From contig CBDCCZ010000018.1 of assembly GCA_965215005.1 (NCBI GenBank), positions 96,001 to 160,000 of the forward strand: 64,000 nt of DNA. The letters run 5' to 3'. The translations under genes and the position numbers were made by a program. Below, one piece after another: positions 62,098-64,000 of this stretch. The notes beneath the pieces were generated by a model. It worked only from the letters and a program-made list of their open reading frames with translations. It was not told the origin of the DNA and did not search any database. Position 1 is the first letter of the stretch. Each line of letters opens with the position of its first letter. The DNA is from Kofleriaceae bacterium (lineage in GTDB: Bacteria > Myxococcota_A > Polyangia > Haliangiales > Haliangiaceae).

Positions 62098-64000
62098 TCA
62101 ATGCCCGAGCTCGTCGAGGAGGCTGTGGGCACCCTCGGCTCGCAAGACGGCGACGATGGTCGATGCGCTGGTGTGTAGCGAACGCATCGTCTTGGGATTG
62201 TAGTACCAGTCGAAGAACGCATCGTCGGCGCTCAGCGACGAGAACACGCCCACCAGCCGCATCTGTCGGTCCAGCGTCGGCGCTCCTGCGCCTTGCCGAA
62301 CCCCCAGGTCCAGGGTGGCAGCGAAGTTGTGAATGGTAACCGCGTTGCCCTCCACCATCACGCGCTCGTGCGACGTCGCCCTTACGTGACCGAATGCGAA
62401 ACGCAGTAGGTTGCTCTCTTCGCCCGCGTAGTAAGGAGCGATGCCGGAGCGCTCGAGCGCGCGATAAAACGTAAACTCCAGTCGCGGTGGCATTGCAGAG
62501 CGGCTCGCCTGGAGCGACCGCTCGACCGCCTCGATCCAGCGCAGGAAACGAACCGCGGGATCGCGCTCCCACCGCCGCACAGAGACCACCCACTGCCTGC
62601 GCAACTCGGGCTCAGAGGTCAGCGAACTACTAGCAAACAGCGCGCGAATCGCGGCGCCACGCTGGTTTCTCGGCTCGGAGAGAAGCCGACGCAGCTCCCT
62701 TGGAATCACCGCGCGCATCGCATGGTCATCTTCGGTGAGGAGCTCTACGGTGCGAACCAACAGCTCGATCTCGGTCGCGAGATCGGCCGTCGACGTGAAC
62801 GCGTGCAGGATTTCGATTGCCCGCTCTACCGGCGCGCCCTCGGCCTTGGCGGCGCGCAAAGAGCGGACGAACTCGATCAGCGCACTGGCCGACACCTTCG
62901 ACCATGGCAGCGCCTGCAGGTTATGCGTGTCCATTTGGATGATGAGCGCCCATCGCGCCATGTACTGGCGCAGCTCGCTCGCTGTCGCGTGCGACTTCAA
63001 CCAGTCCAGCAAGCGGCGCTCTTTGCGCTGGCTTGCACGCAGCGCAGCGGAACCCGCCACCTCCGCAAGCAGCCGCTCCACGCCAACACGCTGCCAGGCG
63101 CGATACATCCTCTGCCAGCGATAGAGCGCCTCGACCTCTGGCCGGGCTGCTGCTGCGCGTGCGATCGCTTCGTCGAGCGCTTCTGCCTGCCCGCGAATAT
63201 GAGAGCGGTAGAGCTCGCCGTTTCCCAGCAGCCAGAGCATATCCGCCGACGTCGAATGCCGCTTGTACTTCCAAGGGAAGCTGGCGGCGATGACGTCCTC
63301 TCCCACCTCAGGATCTGTCATGCGCAGCTCGAGGTAGCTCGACGACTCGTATGGCCTCTGCTTGCCATCGCGAACCTCATAGGCGCGAAACAGCGCGAAT
63401 CCGGCCTCCGCGACCGGCCAGGAGCGCTCGTACAGCACATTCTGTGGATTGCCAAGTGCGATGGGCGGGGCGTATACCAGCTCAATCACCGGAATCTCGA
63501 CCTCTTCGAGGAGCACGAAGCGCGTGCCACCCGCAAGTTCCGCCACCCGGCAGTGGTGACGCGCGTGGCTGCGACAGCGAGCCAACGCCAGTGCGCTCCG
63601 CGCGTCGATTCGCTGATTCTGCTCACGGGTCAGCGATAGGCCGTCTACGCCGTCGAGCACCTCTGCGGTGATGTCGGTGCTGCTTGCTACGACCATTGGC
63701 CGAGAAACCGCCCCCGGTAATCGGCTCGACGCCGCATCTAGCTCCTCTGCGGCGCGGTGCGCGACAAAGCCACTCTCGAGGAGATCTACCTTGGCGGTCG
63801 AGTGCTGCCCGAGCACCTGCAGGGCGCAGTTGTACGTTGTGAGGATCAAACCGCTCGGCGAGACGAAGGCCCCACTGCAGCGGCCGAGATTGACGAATGC
63901 CCCTTGCTTTTCGAGCAGCGCTCGCGCAAGCGACTCATCATCGTCATCCTCCCCTATCCAATACTGCAAGCCGCGCAGGAGCACGTGGATGTCCCAGCTG
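62098..64000 (-). CDS. S46 peptidase (DPP7/DAP BII)-like protein with degenerate catalytic motifs (5'-truncated by window edge)
   Basis: CSGAFVSPSGLILT, ESGFVA...EEL, LVYAPP, FALFRAY, LRFAFGHV, NF...LD...P.LD...LVG, WYYNP...RS; frame is open to the window end. Confidence 0.8.
   Translation of the reverse strand, partial: SWDIHVLLRGLQYWIGEDDDDESLARALLEKQGAFVNLGRCSGAFVSPSGLILTTYNCALQVLGQHSTAKVDLLESGFVAHRAAEELDAASSRLPGAVSRPMVVASSTDITAEVLDGVDGLSLTREQNQRIDARSALALARCRSHARHHCRVAELAGGTRFVLLEEVEIPVIELVYAPPIALGNPQNVLYERSWPVAEAGFALFRAYEVRDGKQRPYESSSYLELRMTDPEVGEDVIAASFPWKYKRHSTSADMLWLLGNGELYRSHIRGQAEALDEAIARAAAARPEVEALYRWQRMYRAWQRVGVERLLAEVAGSAALRASQRKERRLLDWLKSHATASELRQYMARWALIIQMDTHNLQALPWSKVSASALIEFVRSLRAAKAEGAPVERAIEILHAFTSTADLATEIELLVRTVELLTEDDHAMRAVIPRELRRLLSEPRNQRGAAIRALFASSSLTSEPELRRQWVVSVRRWERDPAVRFLRWIEAVERSLQASRSAMPPRLEFTFYRALERSGIAPYYAGEESNLLRFAFGHVRATSHERVMVEGNAVTIHNFAATLDLGVRQGAGAPTLDRQMRLVGVFSSLSADDAFFDWYYNPKTMRSLHTSASTIVAVLRAEGAHSLLDELGH

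Overview
64-kb GC-rich bacterial chromosomal segment. Gene content (several sigma54 response regulator/histidine kinase pairs, Cys-rich lipoproteins, DUF6918, CpXC, FHA and TPR proteins) points to a myxobacterium, possibly Haliangium/Kofleria-like; this taxonomy is inference. The backbone is mostly housekeeping or conserved genes: sucA, lysC, cutA, yegD-like Hsp70, a putP-like symporter, an M16B peptidase pair, GDPD, a PPTase, gluQ, selA, rtcA and SDRs. I found no rRNA, tRNA, CRISPR array or transposase. Main points of interest: (1) a translationally coupled 15-heme lipoprotein cytochrome and ~550-aa outer-membrane beta-barrel, followed by a DUF481-like barrel, forming a candidate non-Mtr porin-cytochrome conduit (39467-43620); (2) a three-gene cassette of secreted proteins with disintegrin-like, endostatin-like, Cys-rich, vWA and dockerin modules (35095-38916), bracketed by two inverted copies of a ~100-bp dispersed element that has a third copy at ~47.2 kb; (3) an S46 peptidase homologue with all three catalytic motifs substituted; (4) a C-terminal rtcB remnant directly upstream of intact rtcA; (5) a BON protein with a long G/Q/Y/S tandem-repeat region; (6) RHH-FHA and MinD/FlhG-J-HTH fusion proteins. 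All family calls come from motif recognition by eye, with no database search.
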